Notes under the pieces: generated by a model
Databases searched by the model: none
Seen by the model: the letters and a program-made list of their open reading frames with translations, nothing else
What the model was told of the DNA's origin: nothing
Shown here: positions 63,325-64,000 of the stretch, in pieces
Position numbering within the stretch: position 1 is the stretch's first letter
Layout: the number at the start of each line of letters is the position of its first letter
From: an uncultured Chloroflexia bacterium
GTDB taxonomy: Bacteria; Chloroflexota; Limnocylindria; Limnocylindrales; CSP1-4
Direction: 5' to 3'
DNA length: 64,000 bases
Assembly (NCBI GenBank): GCA_963766735.1
Contig: CAVYBU010000006.1
Span: 1 to 64,000 of the forward strand
Translations under genes and position numbers: made by a program

Positions 63325-63993
63325 ATGCCTGACGAGATGGACCAGACGATGGGGGACCTGCTCCTCCTGAGCTCCCTGATCGCGGTCGGATTCCTGTTCG
63401 CCGTCGCCTTCTACGAGTCACTGTCGACGCGCGACGTGCTCATCCGTCACACGATGCGCGCGGCCCGCCGGATCTCCTCGCGTCGCTGGTTTGTCGGTGC
63501 CATGTACGTCGCCACCGTGGGCATCGGGATCCCGTTTCTCGTGCTGGTCTGGACCGTGATCCTGGAGCTGGCACTCGTCTTCGTGGGCTCCGTGGACCGC
63601 ATCGGGAATGTCGCCGTCATCGCGGTGGCGATCGTGGCGGCGGCGCGGATCCTCGCCTACGTCCGGGAGAAGACCTCCCACGAGCTTGCCAAGGCCATCC
63701 CGCTCGCCCTGGCCTTCGCGCTGCTCACCGGCGGCACCTTGAGGTTCGAGGAGAACCTCACGCGCATGATCGAGCGGCCGGAGGGTCAGGCCCTGACCGA
63801 GGAGATGATCGTCTTCCTCGTGACCCTCGAGGTCGGCCTCCGGCTGCTGACGGACACGTCGAACGCGGCGCTCGGTGCGATCAGGGAGCGCCGTGGGATC
63901 GACAGCGACCTCGGGGTCTGGCGAACGCTGTTGTCGGCGATCAAGCGTCCCGTCGCACCGCCGGTGCCGGCCGAGGATTCATTTGGCTCATGA
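63325..63993 (+). CDS. Membrane protein, unknown function
   Basis: RILAYVRE..SHELAKAIP; TM-rich. Confidence 0.7.
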   Translation: MPDEMDQTMGDLLLLSSLIAVGFLFAVAFYESLSTRDVLIRHTMRAARRISSRRWFVGAMYVATVGIGIPFLVLVWTVILELALVFVGSVDRIGNVAVIAVAIVAAARILAYVREKTSHELAKAIPLALAFALLTGGTLRFEENLTRMIERPEGQALTEEMIVFLVTLEVGLRLLTDTSNAALGAIRERRGIDSDLGVWRTLLSAIKRPVAPPVPAEDSFGS

Positions 63994-64000
63994 GCCTCCT

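Noticed and set aside
13649-63681. Numerous long overlapping or antisense ORFs (e.g. 16971-19406, 52120-54423, 46345-47871)
   Set aside because: Shadow ORFs expected at high GC; Arg/Pro/Gly-rich, without motifs, and opposite well-supported genes.

Overview
The window is two unrelated DNAs joined at about 13,810. The left part (1-13,810) is AT-rich and looks like a Desulfobacterota-type genome (inference). It is an array of unrelated, co-oriented accessory genes: a PliI-like protein, serpin, adenylate cyclase-TPR, LUD protein, DUF1254, membrane protein, alpha/beta hydrolase and ICMT. These genes are separated by at least 8 copies or part-copies of a modular hairpin repeat (core TGTAAACATCTATG...AGTTGGGGTTACATCTAC). 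Inside the array are an inverted tyrosine-recombinase + IS91-type HUH transposase element with 15-bp terminal inverted repeats, one integron cassette (GTTAGCT...AGCTAAC-attC) and a truncated IS4-type transposase. This repeat-delimited array is the best candidate for an undescribed gene-capture system. The right part (13,810-64,000) is very GC-rich and Chloroflexota/Actinomycetota-like chromosome (inference). It carries GGDEF/EAL, SDR, ppgK, a CPA2 antiporter, purE, a GrpB-PurK fusion, a two-component pair, three tandem Tad minor-pilin triplets sharing one upstream motif, five TA-like modules, two K+ channels, a repeat-rich S8 protease, tRNA-Thr(CGT), ccr, serA/serC, nadB/C/A, dapB, MFS and MarR. 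Many single-base frameshifts in both parts suggest long-read indel errors. Starts and repeat limits were read by eye and may be off by a few bases.
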